From Torpedo marmorata (Eukaryota), in contig OZ360237.1 of NCBI GenBank assembly GCA_977017645.1, forward strand, positions 72,726,001 through 72,790,000: a stretch of DNA of 64,000 nt. The letters run 5' to 3'. Made by a program: the position numbers and the translations under genes. The notes under the pieces were generated by a model, which worked only from the letters and a program-made list of their open reading frames with translations, was not told the DNA's origin and made no database searches. This document shows positions 1-12,785 of this stretch, piece by piece (positions within the stretch are counted from its first letter, which is position 1; every line of letters starts with the position of its first letter).

Positions 1-586
1 GCACTTGTAGGTCCTACATTTCCACCTTCCTGATAACCTGCCAGCCGACCCATCCACTTAACTAATGGCCAGTCAAGCCATCTATCCAACAACCTACTAC
101 CCTCCCCACACAAGGGACTTGCCAACATCCCCACCCACCCAGGAACATTGTGCCCTTCCTGCCTAACTGGGGCCTACCTTCTTACTCAGTCACCCAGCAA
201 TGAACCAGCCTCTCAAATCAATAACCATGAATGGGAATCTGATTCCAAAAACGTTTCACCCATCAAAGTTTTCCAGGCCTGATGGAAATCTGATCTCCTT
301 GATTTTCTGCCTCTGCATTCTGTCCATTCCCCCTTCTTGATACTCGGGACATTGATTCTGTTTTAACCTGGATTCAGTTCTTTCATCAGATTCATTTCAT
401 TGTATCTTGGACAATGATTATCTGAGGGTGTATTGATTGTGGTACTTCACCATGAATATTGCAGGCATGTTTCCTCGCTGTGGGAAGGGTGGATGAAAAT
501 CTCTGCATGTTGAGCCTGAGATTCTGAAATATGTCATCAGTAATTTTCATTCCAGTTTGGCTGTTTCACATTATCAGGTCTTAGCA

Positions 587-1500
587 ATCAGAATCAGAAT
601 TTATTGTCATGAACAAGTCATGAAATTCGGTGTTTTGCGGCAGCATCATAGTGCAAAAATTCATATTATAACCATCTTACGACATTACTATAAAAAAATA
701 TAAATAATAGTGCATGAAAAGTAAGGCAGTGTCTTTGGTTCATTGATTATTCAGGAATCTGATGGCAGCGGGGAAGAAGCTGTCCTTGTGCCATTGAGTG
801 CTCGTCCTTAGGCTCCTGTACCATTTTCCCGATGGTAGCAGAGTGAAGAGGGCATGGCCTGGGTGGTGGGGGTCTTTGAGGATAGAGGCTGCTTTGTTAA
901 GACACCGCCTCATGTAGATGTCCTCGATGGAGTGAAGTCTGGTGCCTGTTATATCACAGGCCGAGTTAACAACCTCTGGAGTTTATTCTTGTCATGAGAG
1001 TTGGTGCCTCCATACCAGGCAGTGATGCAACCAGCCAGAATGCTCTCCACGGTACACCTGTAGAAGTTTACGAGAGTCTTCGGTGACATACCGAATCTCC
1101 TCAGACACCTCACAAAGTATAGCCGCTGGCGAGCCTTCTTTGTGATTGCATCAACATGGAGGCTCCAGGCCAGATCCTCGGAGATGTTGATACCCAGGAA
1201 TTTGAAGTTCTTGACACTCTCCACTACTGAGCCCTCGATGAGGACTGGGTCGTGTTCCCCTGACTTCCTCCTGAAGTCCACAATCATCTCCTTGGTTTTG
1301 CTGACGTTGAGCGCAAGGTTGTTGTCGTTACACCATTCAACGAGCTGATCTATCTCCCTCCTATACGCTTCCTCATTGCCGTTTGTGATTCTGCTGACAA
1401 CTGTGGTGTCATTGGCAAACTTGTAGACGGCATTGGAATTGTGCCTGAACACACAGTCATGGGTGTATAACGAGTAGAGCAGTGGGCTAAGCACGCATCC
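587..1500 (-). mobile_element. Rex1/Babar-clade LINE, 5'-truncated (family A, ATTCTG tail)
   Basis: ORF 949-1563 contains [16 protein letters not shown]...KFANDTTVV...[15 protein letters not shown], the Rex1 RT C-terminus. On + the tail reads aatcagaatcagaat followed by ttatt. Confidence 0.9.
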
Positions 1501-1659
1501 ACTGTGTATCTCCTTAAATATTCCATTCCATTGACTTTGACGGCATTCAAAGTTGGACCACATTTAACAGTGAGCAAATCAATCATTATGCAAATGATTC
1601 AAATTTAATCAGTTACTCCACTTCCATATTTTCTATTTTTGCTACATCAGAATATTCAA

Positions 1660-1917
1660 TTTAATTTAATTTGGACATACAGCACGGTAACAGGCCATTT
1701 CGGCCCACGTGTCCATATCACCCAACTTACACCCAATTAACCTACACCCCCGATACGTTTTTGAACAGTGGGAGGAAACCAGAGCCCCCGGGGAAAACCC
1801 ATGCAGACATGGGGAGAACGTACAAACTCCTTACAGACAGCGAGGGATTCGAACCCCGGTCCCGATCGCTGGCGTTGTAAAGGCGTTGCGCTAACTGCTA
1901 GGCCAACCGTGCCGTCC
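1660..1917 (-). mobile_element. tRNA-derived V-SINE (HE1-like)
   Basis: Reverse complement has a tRNA-like head with A/B boxes (GGTTCGAATCC), the V-domain gagtttgtacgttctcccc...ggtttcctccca and a CR1-like tail ggcctgttaccgtgctgtatgtc. The head lies ~43 bp upstream of the exon 7 acceptor. Confidence 0.85.
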
Positions 1918-1945
1918 TTGACAATAACTAAAATTCACAAGCTGA

Positions 1946-2230
<285 letters not shown>

Positions 2231-2289
2231 TAGGCCTTTCTTCACTTAAGTTAGGATCTAACCTTCTCAACTTTTGTCAGTCAGGAACA

Positions 2290-3960
2290 GCAGTGAGACT
2301 GGATGGATAGGTTGCTGTGGGATGGAGTTCAGGGTGTTCCTGTCAAGGGGAGGTTCCTGTGGGCATTGATTGTCTCCTGGATTTTGATGAGTTCCCTGGT
2401 CCTCGGTCCCCAGTTAGATGTGGTCGTTCAGCATCCAGAGGAAGTAAAAGACAATCAATGTTTCTGGCTGGAACCTTTCCAGGCCCGATATGTTCATTGC
2501 CTTTTACTTCCTATGGATGCTGCATGATCTGCTGAGTTTCTCCAGCACTTTTGTGTATTGCACTCAACCCCAGCATCTTTAGATTTTCTTGTTTACTTAG
2601 ATGTGGTCTTGGGTGTTCAAATTTATGTGGATTTACAGTGCTGAAGAATTCCCATATGTCATGGCTGTCATTGTGTTGCTGAGCCATCTGTTTCATCTTG
2701 GTAGAGAATCTCTCTACAGGTGCCAACCATGGTGGATTTCAGGGCAACTGAGGACACTCTGTGGCTTTTGTAGTCTGGGAGTTGACAGGTTGTCAATGCA
2801 ACACTCTCTCAAAAGAGCTTCCTTGTGGGGTCATGAGAGATTCAACATTGATGTGCTTTCAGCTACACTTTCTTTGCAATGCTTTGGGGTACAGTTTGAT
2901 GGAGATAATAGAGTGGAGTAGGCAGCGGTGAGTCATCGATTCCTGTCACAATTTGAGTGATGTGGAGACCTTTGTGTTCCCTTAATTGGTTAATGTGTGG
3001 TCTGGGAATGTGGCTATGATATCTTGTGCTTATCTCTCTTGACAAAACATTGTGATGAGTTCATGCCCTGCCCATCTTATCAAGTGAAAAGCCCAGCTGG
3101 AGTTGATTTTCACTTTTTCTTCCTTGCTGATAATGCCTTGACAGAAGGTTGTATCCCTTCCTACGCTGGTGCTGAAGGATAGTTTGTCTCCCTTTGGGAT
3201 ATGGACCAGGAATATGATTCCAAGGTCAGAGTAGACATCATCCATGGCGTCATCTAAAGCTACCAAAATTGGGATGCATGCTTTGATGACCACAGTGTGC
3301 TGATTGTGTGTTAGAATGATCCAAAGGCTCACCCCACAGGGGCAGTTGAGGAGACATCAGATTAGTTTGTTCTTGTTTGTGAAGCTCAGTCCTCTTCTTT
3401 GTCCCTCGAGAAAGTGTACCCTTCACCTTGTTCTTTAAGCTGGCAATCTTCTTCCTGACGTTTCTCACTTAGTGCAGTGATGTTGATGTCAAAGCATCTG
3501 AGTTCCTGAGTGGTGTTCAGGTCTGTTGCCGATTGGGACTTTTCATGTGGATCCTGATATTACAGGTTCCAAAACTTCAGGTTCCAGGTTCCACAGTCTG
3601 TTGAGTAGAAATTGCTCATGTGGCTTCTTGCCACGTGGGGTGGCCGTTGGACACGGGCTTCACAGAGCAAGGTCTTGATCCAGTGGTAAAGAAACAATGA
3701 GGACAGGAAACCAGGCCATTCATGGGTATCAATGCTCCATGATAAATATGGACACATATGTAGGTACCACCTGGTATGTGGGCAATTGCTTGGACAGATA
3801 CACACACACACATGTGGATTTGGCCACAGGTACCCTTGGACACAGGTACCCTTGGCCTGTTCCTCCTCGATTTCCAGCTGGCCTTTGGGACTATGTTCTG
3901 GTCCTTTGCTGCAGCTGCACACCAAGCCAACATCCTAGACCCTTGGCTTAGGTTACACAC
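2290..3960 (-). mobile_element. Highly decayed LINE-like fragments (possibly L1/Tx1), with an old PLE terminal piece at ~2470-2600
   Basis: Broken, coding-like sequence with no intact motif. The 2470-2600 piece (ggatgctgcatgatctgctgagtttctccagcac) matches PLE termini elsewhere in the window. Confidence 0.35.
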
Positions 3961-4384
3961 CTGAGGATAACGTCCTGAACACTTGCACCAGCCACACACC
4001 CAGACCACATCCCAGACCCTCAGCTCAGTTCATACACCTGATTCAGACTGTGCACAGACTCATCAGAGTTGCCACTCACCCACACTCACTTGGGCCATAG
4101 TTGGAAATCCATGGTTGGATCAGGGGAAAATAAATTGATATCTAGGTAAATAGGTGGTGCATCATCAATTGATATTTGGGTTAAGAATTGAGAATGACCA
4201 TCATTCTATGCTGTAAAATTGAGTTAACTTGTACAAATTGAAATTCACTGGCTATAAAAATGTGAAGTTCCTGTTCAGCTGCAGCAAGTAAGAAATTTAG
4301 TACATATGTACATTGTTCAATGAAAATGCCATTATCTTTATCATTCAGAGCTAGTTCCTGTGTTCTAATTACTCTGCATCAGTT

Positions 4385-4915
4385 TTAGAATCATAGAGAT
4401 ATATGGCATGGAAAACAGGCCCTTCGGCCCAACTTGTTCATGCCAACCAAGATGCTGACCTGAGCTAGTCCCATTGCCTGCATTTGGCCCATGTGTCTCT
4501 GAACCTTTCCTATTCATGTATCTGTCCAAATGTCTCTTAAAATTGTAATTAATTCCTCCTTTACTACTTCTTTGGGCAGATGGATTCATTTTCCCATTGC
4601 ACTCTGTTTTGAAAACTTGCTCCTCAGGTCCCCTTCAGATCTTTCTTCTCTCATCTTAAATCTATGCCATCTACTTTTAGAGTCTCCTACCATGGGAAAA
4701 AAAGACTGTGATCATTCAACTTATCTATGCCTCTCATAATTTTATAAAGCTTGACAGGTTCCTCAGCCTCCTGTGCTTTAGGGAAAACAGTATCTGCTTA
4801 TCCAACCTTTCCTTACAACTCAAACCCTTCACTCCTAACAACATTCTTGTGAATCTTTTCTGCACCCTCTCTCGATTAATCACATCTTTCCAATAACATG
4901 GTGACCAGAACTGCA
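4385..4915 (-). mobile_element. CR1-clade LINE 3' fragment
   Basis: ORF 4734-4916 QFWSPCYWKDVINRERVQKRFTRMLLGVKGLSCKERL is the typical CR1 ORF2 C-terminus; 3' UTR gggccgaagggcctgtt. Confidence 0.85.
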
Positions 4916-5022
4916 TCAGTTCATACAGACATTAACAGATTGTAAAAAGATCCACGCATTTAAAATGCTTTGTGCATCACAGCACGTGCACACACATACA
5001 TAACACACATGCACAACACACC

Positions 5023-5034
<12 letters not shown>

Positions 5035-5110
<76 letters not shown>
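5035..5110. repeat. (AC)n microsatellite
   Basis: Uninterrupted AC run of ~76 bp, preceded by (TA)n. Confidence 0.98.
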
Positions 5111-5113
<3 letters not shown>

Positions 5114-6065
5114 TTCCACCACTTATTTCCTGCAGCTTGTTCTCTCTCACAGACCCATCAACTTCCCACTGATTCTCAGATCACCTACCTATACAATTAA
5201 CTCCAGCAGCACACCTTTGGATTAGAGAGGAAACCAGACCATGTGATGTAAATCCACCCAGTGCAACATGGGTGAACTCCACACGGGCAGTTCTAGAGAT
5301 CAGAACTGAACCCAGCTCACTGGAGCTGTGAGACAGCAGTGCTAGCTATTTGCATCGCCATGCTACATCATCTCATTGGAATTCAGGATGGGGCAAATGA
5401 TCAGATTAAAAGCCCAAACCAAGGAGAAGTAAGTTCTGGAAAATTCATCTGTGGCCCCAATAAGAGTATTGACATTTGCTCTCATCCATATTTTACTGTA
5501 CCTACTTTTCACCTAGATCTAGATCTGGCTAGTAACAGGTTCAGCTCTCATTTGTGGAAGTTCAGTGAGTCAGTACCACTCTCACAGAATGCAGTAAATT
5601 CCATGACTTGGGATTGGATGAAGAAAAATATGAACAGATATTTTCCTATGGCTCAGCTCCTCAGTCTCTTATTCCAAATGGGTCAAAAACTCATTACATT
5701 TGCTGCAGCAGATTCTTCCACCCTGTACCATCTTCAGGGCACTGCTCCACAAGCATCAGCTTGTTGTTCTCCAGCTCAACGCAGTAGATATTGGCAAATC
5801 AACATTTGAGCCTCTGGGATTCCTGGATAGTTTGGTGCAGCTTCCCGTTTGTACCAGCTACCAAGCCAGGACAGGGGTTTCATGGGGAAATTCTGGAACG
5901 TGGAACCTGCTACGACAAGAAACAGTTGAATAGCTTTGATACACTTAGATGAACAGACGAGGGAAAAGATAATAGAAGATTAAGCTGATGAAATGATTGG
6001 TTGGAGGTTGGTAGAAGGATAGTTGTCTGCAGCATAAATCTCAGCATGGACCTCTTATTGACTAG

Positions 6066-6308
<243 letters not shown>

Positions 6309-7319
6309 TGACATTTGGAGAGTCAGTAATGAGTGAAGTTTTCCAGTGCAAAAAAATTGACATTGGTGTTTAATTTGGCTTTTTGAGATAAATGTAGCCA
6401 ACTTATTTACCCTTGGGATTTTGTTTCTATCAGCAGATCTAATTTCTTTCCAGAAACTTTAGAAATTGTAATATACTTTTAAAAATATTGGTCTGATGTC
6501 ACTCTCAATGCAGGCTGGAATATCCCTCTTGCAGTCCTAATTCAAAAATTGTGCTGCATATGATGTTAGAGAAAGGTCAAGGCAATTTAATTTATTTTTT
6601 AAAGAGCTATCTTATTGTGATCATGGTGCACACAAATGGTTTGTGAATATATTATAATCAACAACAGGATGTAAAAACACAAGTCATTTTGCAAGTACAT
6701 TAATTTCATGTTGTATGAAACTTGCCAGATGTACCTCCTTAATGCATCTCAGATGTGTTTTATTTTAATATATTCTCCCATGATAGTCTGTCACCACTTC
6801 CCCACACTGCATGCAAGCACAGAGAAGGATTGGTGTGCACTGCATTCTTAGGGGAAAATAAGAAATATCTGTACTAATAATAGGACATTCAGAAACTTTC
6901 TCAAGCTATACTCATCAGAAAGACATATCCAGCTGGATGGTCCTGTGGAAAATGGTCAAATATAATCAGGTGAACATCTGGATCACAGTCATGCTAAAAT
7001 GAAATGGAGAGAAGGGAAAGGGACAGACTTCACCTGTGTAACAAGAAGGCAGCTGTTCAAAATACTGACTCTTCTACCCTTTTAAATTTAGTGTCTGCTG
7101 TTCTGATTTGACTGAATACTATTGCCTCCAGCACCTCTTTCAACTTCAGTTTTAGTTACTTCTACAAAATTGTTGGTAATTTTCAGACTGTTATGAGGTA
7201 GCTTTCCATTTAATAGTGGATTCATACATTCAATGAACAAACTACAGCACTTGAGGTTAAAAAAACACAATCAAGGATGGATTGGATGTATCAATGGGGG
7301 AGATTTAGACATTATCAAT

Positions 7320-7535
7320 GGCTATGGAGGTTATGGGAGTGTAGGATACAGTGGGATTGGAGGAGATGGTGGGATTGACTGATACTCGATGTCTCTGAAG
7401 GGACTCTCTTTTGCTTCTCTTTCTCTTGATGGGGCACTGGACTTATGCTGCCTCTTTGCATAGCTTTTCGGGGTATACAAATGGAAACAAATGTTGTATT
7501 TGTGTACATGACAATAAACAATCCCTGACCTTGAA
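7320..7535 (+). mobile_element. 3' part of an unclassified non-autonomous retroposon (same family as 48672-50160 and 58525-58860)
   Basis: Shared motif ctctgaagggac..ctcttttgcttctctttctct and shared end catgacaataaa. Confidence 0.55.
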
Positions 7536-7697
7536 TAACTTTGGTGAAAAATGGGTTGATAGGTCTTCCTCATACACAATAATCTCATGACCATTTCAAG
7601 CAAAGTCAGAATTAAGAAACTAATAGTTGTAAAATCTAAAAATCTCCTTCATCTGGTAAAATTAAAAGGAAACTCAAGCAAATGATTTTGAGAGGAG

Positions 7698-7955
7698 ATT
7701 TAAATTTAAATTTAGACATACAGCACGGTAGCAGGCCCTTCCGGCCCACGATCCCGTGCTGCCCAGTTACACCCAATTGACCTACAACCCCCAGTACGTT
7801 TTTTTTTGAACGGTGGGAGGAAACTGGAGCACCTGGAAGAAGCCCACGCAGATAGGGGGAGAACGTACAAACTCCTTACAGACAGCGTGGGATTCGAACC
7901 CTGGTTCCGATCGCTGGCACTGTAACATCGTTGCGCTAAATGCTACATTAATTGT
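7698..7955 (-). mobile_element. V-SINE (HE1-like)
   Basis: Same sequence family as 1660-1917; (tttaaa)n tail. Confidence 0.85.
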
Positions 7956-8880
7956 TCCTCGCCTCGAGTCTCCAACAGCCCGCCACCAATGTGTTCTTTA
8001 GCAAAGGTGTTACAGGGATCTTAAATAAAGTTAGGAGAATGAAGCTGCTGTTGTGAGTGAAGGTTCAAGCAAGTACCAAGAAGGATAGATTCAAACCGGG
8101 CAAGAAATGTATTGAGATGTGAGGAAGAACAATTTTATGCAGTCTTGTAAGCAATTTGGAACTTAATACTTGCAAGGATTGTGGAAATAGAGCCAAGCAG
8201 AGCAACCCGAAGGGAATTAATGAAGCATTCAAGAGAACATTGGTAATTTATAGGGCTGCAGGGTTGGAGAGGGGGAATGAGACTAATTGGATTGCTCTAC
8301 AAAAATCCAGCATGAACTTGACAAGCCAATGGTCAACTTCTGTACAGTAACTGTTCTGTGATAAACTTACTTTTAAATGTGACTTTTTGATTACTGATAA
8401 CTTTATGAAATTCGTAAAGGTCTGCAGCTTATGCCTTTTCTGGAACAGATGAACATCTTGAACTTGTTTACCAGGATTAAGGAATAAGAAAACTCACATC
8501 AGTGAGTTGATCTTCAATGTTGTGAATTTTTTTACCTCACTTAAATCACTACATAATTGAAAAAAAAATCATTGCGATTTCACAATAAATTAATTTAAAA
8601 TAGCTAACAACATGAAAACCAATCCTTATTGGAAGCAGACATATAATTCCAAATTCATTTATTGTCATATACATAAACACACAAAATTTGTCAACAGGAA
8701 ATCCTCAGTTGGTCAAGCAGCATCTTTGCTGAGAAGAATAAAATTAATAGTTCTGGACCTTTTATTAGAAACTTATCATGACTCTGATTGTGCCTTTGTT
8801 CAAGTTACTATTTGAAAAGAAATATTGAGATAATTTTAAAAAGGAAGTTTAAACAGCCTTATTTGTTTTGTTATATTTAG

Positions 8881-8997
8881 ACATCTTGGAGGTGCTATGC
8901 AGCAGAAAACCATGAATCTGCGACATGGAAAATATATGTTCGGCAACCGAACAAATGTTACGTTCCACTTCCAAGTCCAAAGACAAAGAAACCAGTG
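8881..8997 (+). CDS. KCNQ1: KCNQ1 coding exon (exon 9 equivalent): helix A end / IQ-like region
   Basis: Acceptor ttgttatatttag|ACA; 117 bp encodes [39 protein letters not shown]; donor GTG|gtaata. Compare human [19 protein letters not shown]. Translated by hand; this frame is not in the ORF track. Confidence 0.93.
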
Positions 8998-9099
8998 GTA
9001 ATAACGATCTTCCATTCTCTTTCATTTTTTCACATCATCCTTCCTATTCTTTCCTTCATCTCCTTTGCTTGATCCTTTGCTTGATTCTCTTTGGGGTAC

Positions 9100-9330
9100 A
9101 ACAGTGCAGCTAGAAGAGCTTCTGCCTCCCAGCTCCAATGATTTGGGTTCAGTCCTGACCTCCATTGCTGTCTATGTGGAGTTTGCACCTTCTTCCTGTG
9201 ACCATGTGGATTTCGGCTGGGTGCTCCACTTTCCTCCCACACCCCAAAGATGTGCGGGCTGGTACGCTATTTGGCCACAGTAACTTGCCCCCAGTGTTGT
9301 AGGTGAGTGAGGACAGTTGATTGAAATGTG
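9100..9330 (+). mobile_element. Older V-SINE
   Basis: Degenerate V-domain gtggagtttgcaccttcttcctgtgaccatgtggatttc...ctccactttcctcccaca. Confidence 0.7.
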
Positions 9331-9574
9331 AGCAGAATAAAATAGAATTAGTGTAGGAGTGGTGTAAGGGTGTGCTAGATTCTGAGCTGTATGAACTCTT
9401 ATCCAGATGGATCCAGTCATTAATTTTGTTTCACAAAAAAAAGCAGCAAGTTTCATGATACGATGCATATGTGCTGCTATGAGCTTACACCTGCACCCTC
9501 ATCCCACCTTTGGAATATGAACTTTTGTTATCTATCTTGTAAGCTTGCTGTTATGACTGCTTGGCAATTTTCAG

Positions 9575-9722
9575 GTTAAAAGAAAGAAATTGAAGTCTGA
9601 TAAGGATAATGGATTGAATTCTGACAAATCACTGAACGTGCCCAATATCACATACGACTACATTGTGGACAAGGACGACAAGAAATACGAAAACTCAAAT
9701 ATCGATGGATACGATTCATCAG
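9575..9722 (+). CDS. KCNQ1: KCNQ1 coding exon (exon 10 equivalent): helix A-B linker
   Basis: Acceptor attttcag|GTT; 148 bp encodes VKRKKLKSDKDNGLNSDKSLNVPNITYDYIVDKDDKKYENSNIDGYDSS plus 1 nt; donor G|gtagga. Compare human VKKKKFKLDKDNG...VPHIT...DGYDSS; ends in phase 1 as in human. Confidence 0.93.
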
Positions 9723-12700
9723 GTAGGAGAGAGAAACAGTTGTCTTATGATGCAATAACCTATCAATGAGTCAAGTGCAATGCCAGCAAATATTTGGAAT
9801 CAAAATACATCCTACTGGTTATACTCAGCAAGTCAGCAAAATCAATGGAAAGAAACCAGTATAAAAATTCAGGATGATCTTTCTGTTCCTCTTTCCACAG
9901 ATGTTGTCTGTCCTGCAGAAAATTTCAGTTTTTATTTTAGATTTCCAGCATCAGTAGTTGATTTTTTTGGGAAATATTTGCACAATCCCTGTTGCATTTG
10001 CTTTTTTTTAACAGTTGAGATGAGCCAAACCAATTCATGCAATTTAACAAGCACTTTATCCTGTGCAGCCATGGAGGTGTTTCAAACGTGTTTGGAAAGC
10101 TGAGAAAGTTTGGAACTGTCCCTGCAAAGATTTTAGTTTAAGGGTTAGAAAATTGCATTTGTAATACATTAACAATTCATAGGAAGGATAGTATCCAGAC
10201 ATAGGAAAGTTCAGAAACAACTCAAAATAAAAGTTTGTAAAATATTATGACCAATCACACAGTAACTTGATCCTTTCGAAGCAAGCTGCTTTGAATTAAA
10301 AGACCGAGTGCAGCATTTGACCGCATAATGCTTTGAACATCTGAGGCTCAACCTAAACTCTAAAATATATCAAAGATATTTAAATACAAGGTAAACTTAC
10401 AGTATCTCATGTACAACTTTGTAAATATTATCTGTAATTAAACTTGCTTGCCATTACATTGACATCATACAGTGGAATGAAGACCAAATATATGCGTGTG
10501 GTCCAGTTGGTTCAGGAAGTTTATGATAATGGTGTAGATTTTCAGCTTGCCATGTGTGTGTAAGCATGGCACTCAGGTTGGCTCTCCTATTACTGAAATG
10601 GTCCAGTCTTCATTGCTGTGGAAATCACAAGCTTATTAGTTCTCCAAAGGACATTGAGTCTTCAATATTAGTTTAACATGGACTGCGGATTGAAAATCTT
10701 CCTCAATATGTTCCAACTGAAAATTGATTTGTCTAAAAGTAATTCCCTGAAATCAGAACATTGAATTTCTGAACCACTAAAGGGGAAGCTTTTGCATCTG
10801 TAATATGCATACAAGAACAATTTCCATTGATTCTGCGTGTTTAGTATGGCAAAAGCAAGTCTCAAGTCATTTGACGAGTACTATCAAGCAAAATGCAGAT
10901 GCCCAAAAGCTGATTAGATTTAAAGGGATACCTTAAAGAAGGAAAGAAAAATGAAAAGTGGTGGGATCATAAAGTGGCAATTTAAACTCCGCAACCAATG
11001 GCACTTACATTAATGGTGAAGCTATTAAATTTGGGGAATTATATTTCGGTAGATTAGAATGATTAAGGAACTTGCCAGATCTTGATAATCAATGGCAAGG
11101 ATTTTAAAATCAAGGCATGATATAATTGACCTATTTTTAAAGAATGCCAGAAATTGTGCATTAAGTCACCCATATAATATGCCATGAAATTATGAAAGAC
11201 ATTATCAGATTGTTCTTGAACAGAGGTATATGTTGAGAGATCATTTCCTGTGGCTAGAAAGTAAATCTCAAGGGACCATGGTCTTAAGATAATGTTGGCC
11301 TTAAAGGAATGAGATAAGAAGACATTTATTCACTCAAATTTCTTTGAATCTGGAATTCTGAGTGTGCAGACTCTCAGTTGCTGAGTTGATAAATTTTTGA
11401 AGTCAAACAGAATTGAAGAGCTCAGGGATGATTTGGGATTGTGGACAAGCAAAGGATCAGCCGTGACTTTGAATGTCACAGCAGCCCCCTCCTCATTTTT
11501 TCTGTTTTTTATGTTAAAGTATCAAAATCTGAAAGTAAGAGGAAAAATGTGCCTAATTTTACCTTCCCTCATATCTCAGTTGTTTTGAATATAAATAGAT
11601 ATCTGCAGTGTGAAATGTGTAAATCCCATAATTTAACATCTAGAAATTATGTTGTGCAGTGTGAGCATGCATATGCTGCTTGCTTTCCTCAAAATAAATG
11701 GCCTATTATTTAACTTCTATTTTGAACAGACACTCCTTTTCCATGGTAAAAAAGTGAAAACTTTAATACTTTATTCAGAAGCCAAATTCATGAAGCCATT
11801 TATCGCCAGGTAATATTTTATAGGACAGTGAACAATTTTATCAGGTATTCTGACAGAATTTTCCATAAGAATAATCCGAGCATGTCCAGTCATTGTTGCT
11901 TGAGGGTATATATGCATATTAGTCTAAAAACATTCGAAGATACATAAGCAGATTTTATCTGTTATTTGTAGCTGTCAACTTTTAGAATTGGATCATGCCA
12001 TTTTCAATCTTATTATCTTCAATGAAGAATGATAAATAGCTTATTTGAAGCCATTAGTTGAAGAATTTAAAGAGTTTAATACCAAGTAGAAAAGCATGGT
12101 AGTAAACTGCTTACCTGTCCTCTGATAAGGATATAGAGCCTGAAGTGGGGGGCCCGGAGATCAAATGTACACTCCATGCTTAGTTTCAGTCGATTTTGGA
12201 ACATGATTTCTAAAGCACTGATGAAGAACTGGATTACCAATGCACCAAGACAAGCTATTAGTAAAATGCCCAAAGAAAGTTAATGCAATTACCTGGATCT
12301 CTACTGATAACAGTTCACTGAAAGGATTTTGAAAATAAACCTCTCTAATTGCAACTTTGTTCAGATGCTGAAGTTTTTCATGCCATTATTTGTAAAGAAA
12401 CTAGAATGGAGTTGATGAGACGAATACTTATGTGCAGCTAAGCTTTCTGAATTAGCATTAGTGAGGCTCACAGAACAAAATCTCCAAAAGCCTTCCCTAG
12501 TGCATTCTTATAATCCAGCTATGAACTTTACTAGTTTTGCTGTGAAGGGCTTATCTAAGTGTGGAATATAATAGGTTTTATTCAAGGGTGTCCTGGAGTC
12601 ATGAAGCTGGGGAATGTTGGTGTTTTATCTTTTGATAAAAATGTAAAATGTATCATATATCTGGCTGACACCCCAATTTTGGAAGCTTGCATGGATTCCT

Positions 12701-12785
12701 GAAGCAATAATAGAGTTGATAGGATAACTGACAGTGACTTCCTCTGGGCTGGTAAACAGTGGGCAAGAAAGAATGACAGAAAAAG

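Noticed and set aside
4916-5200. CV/HT-repeat ORFs
   Set aside because: Translations of the (AC)n microsatellite.
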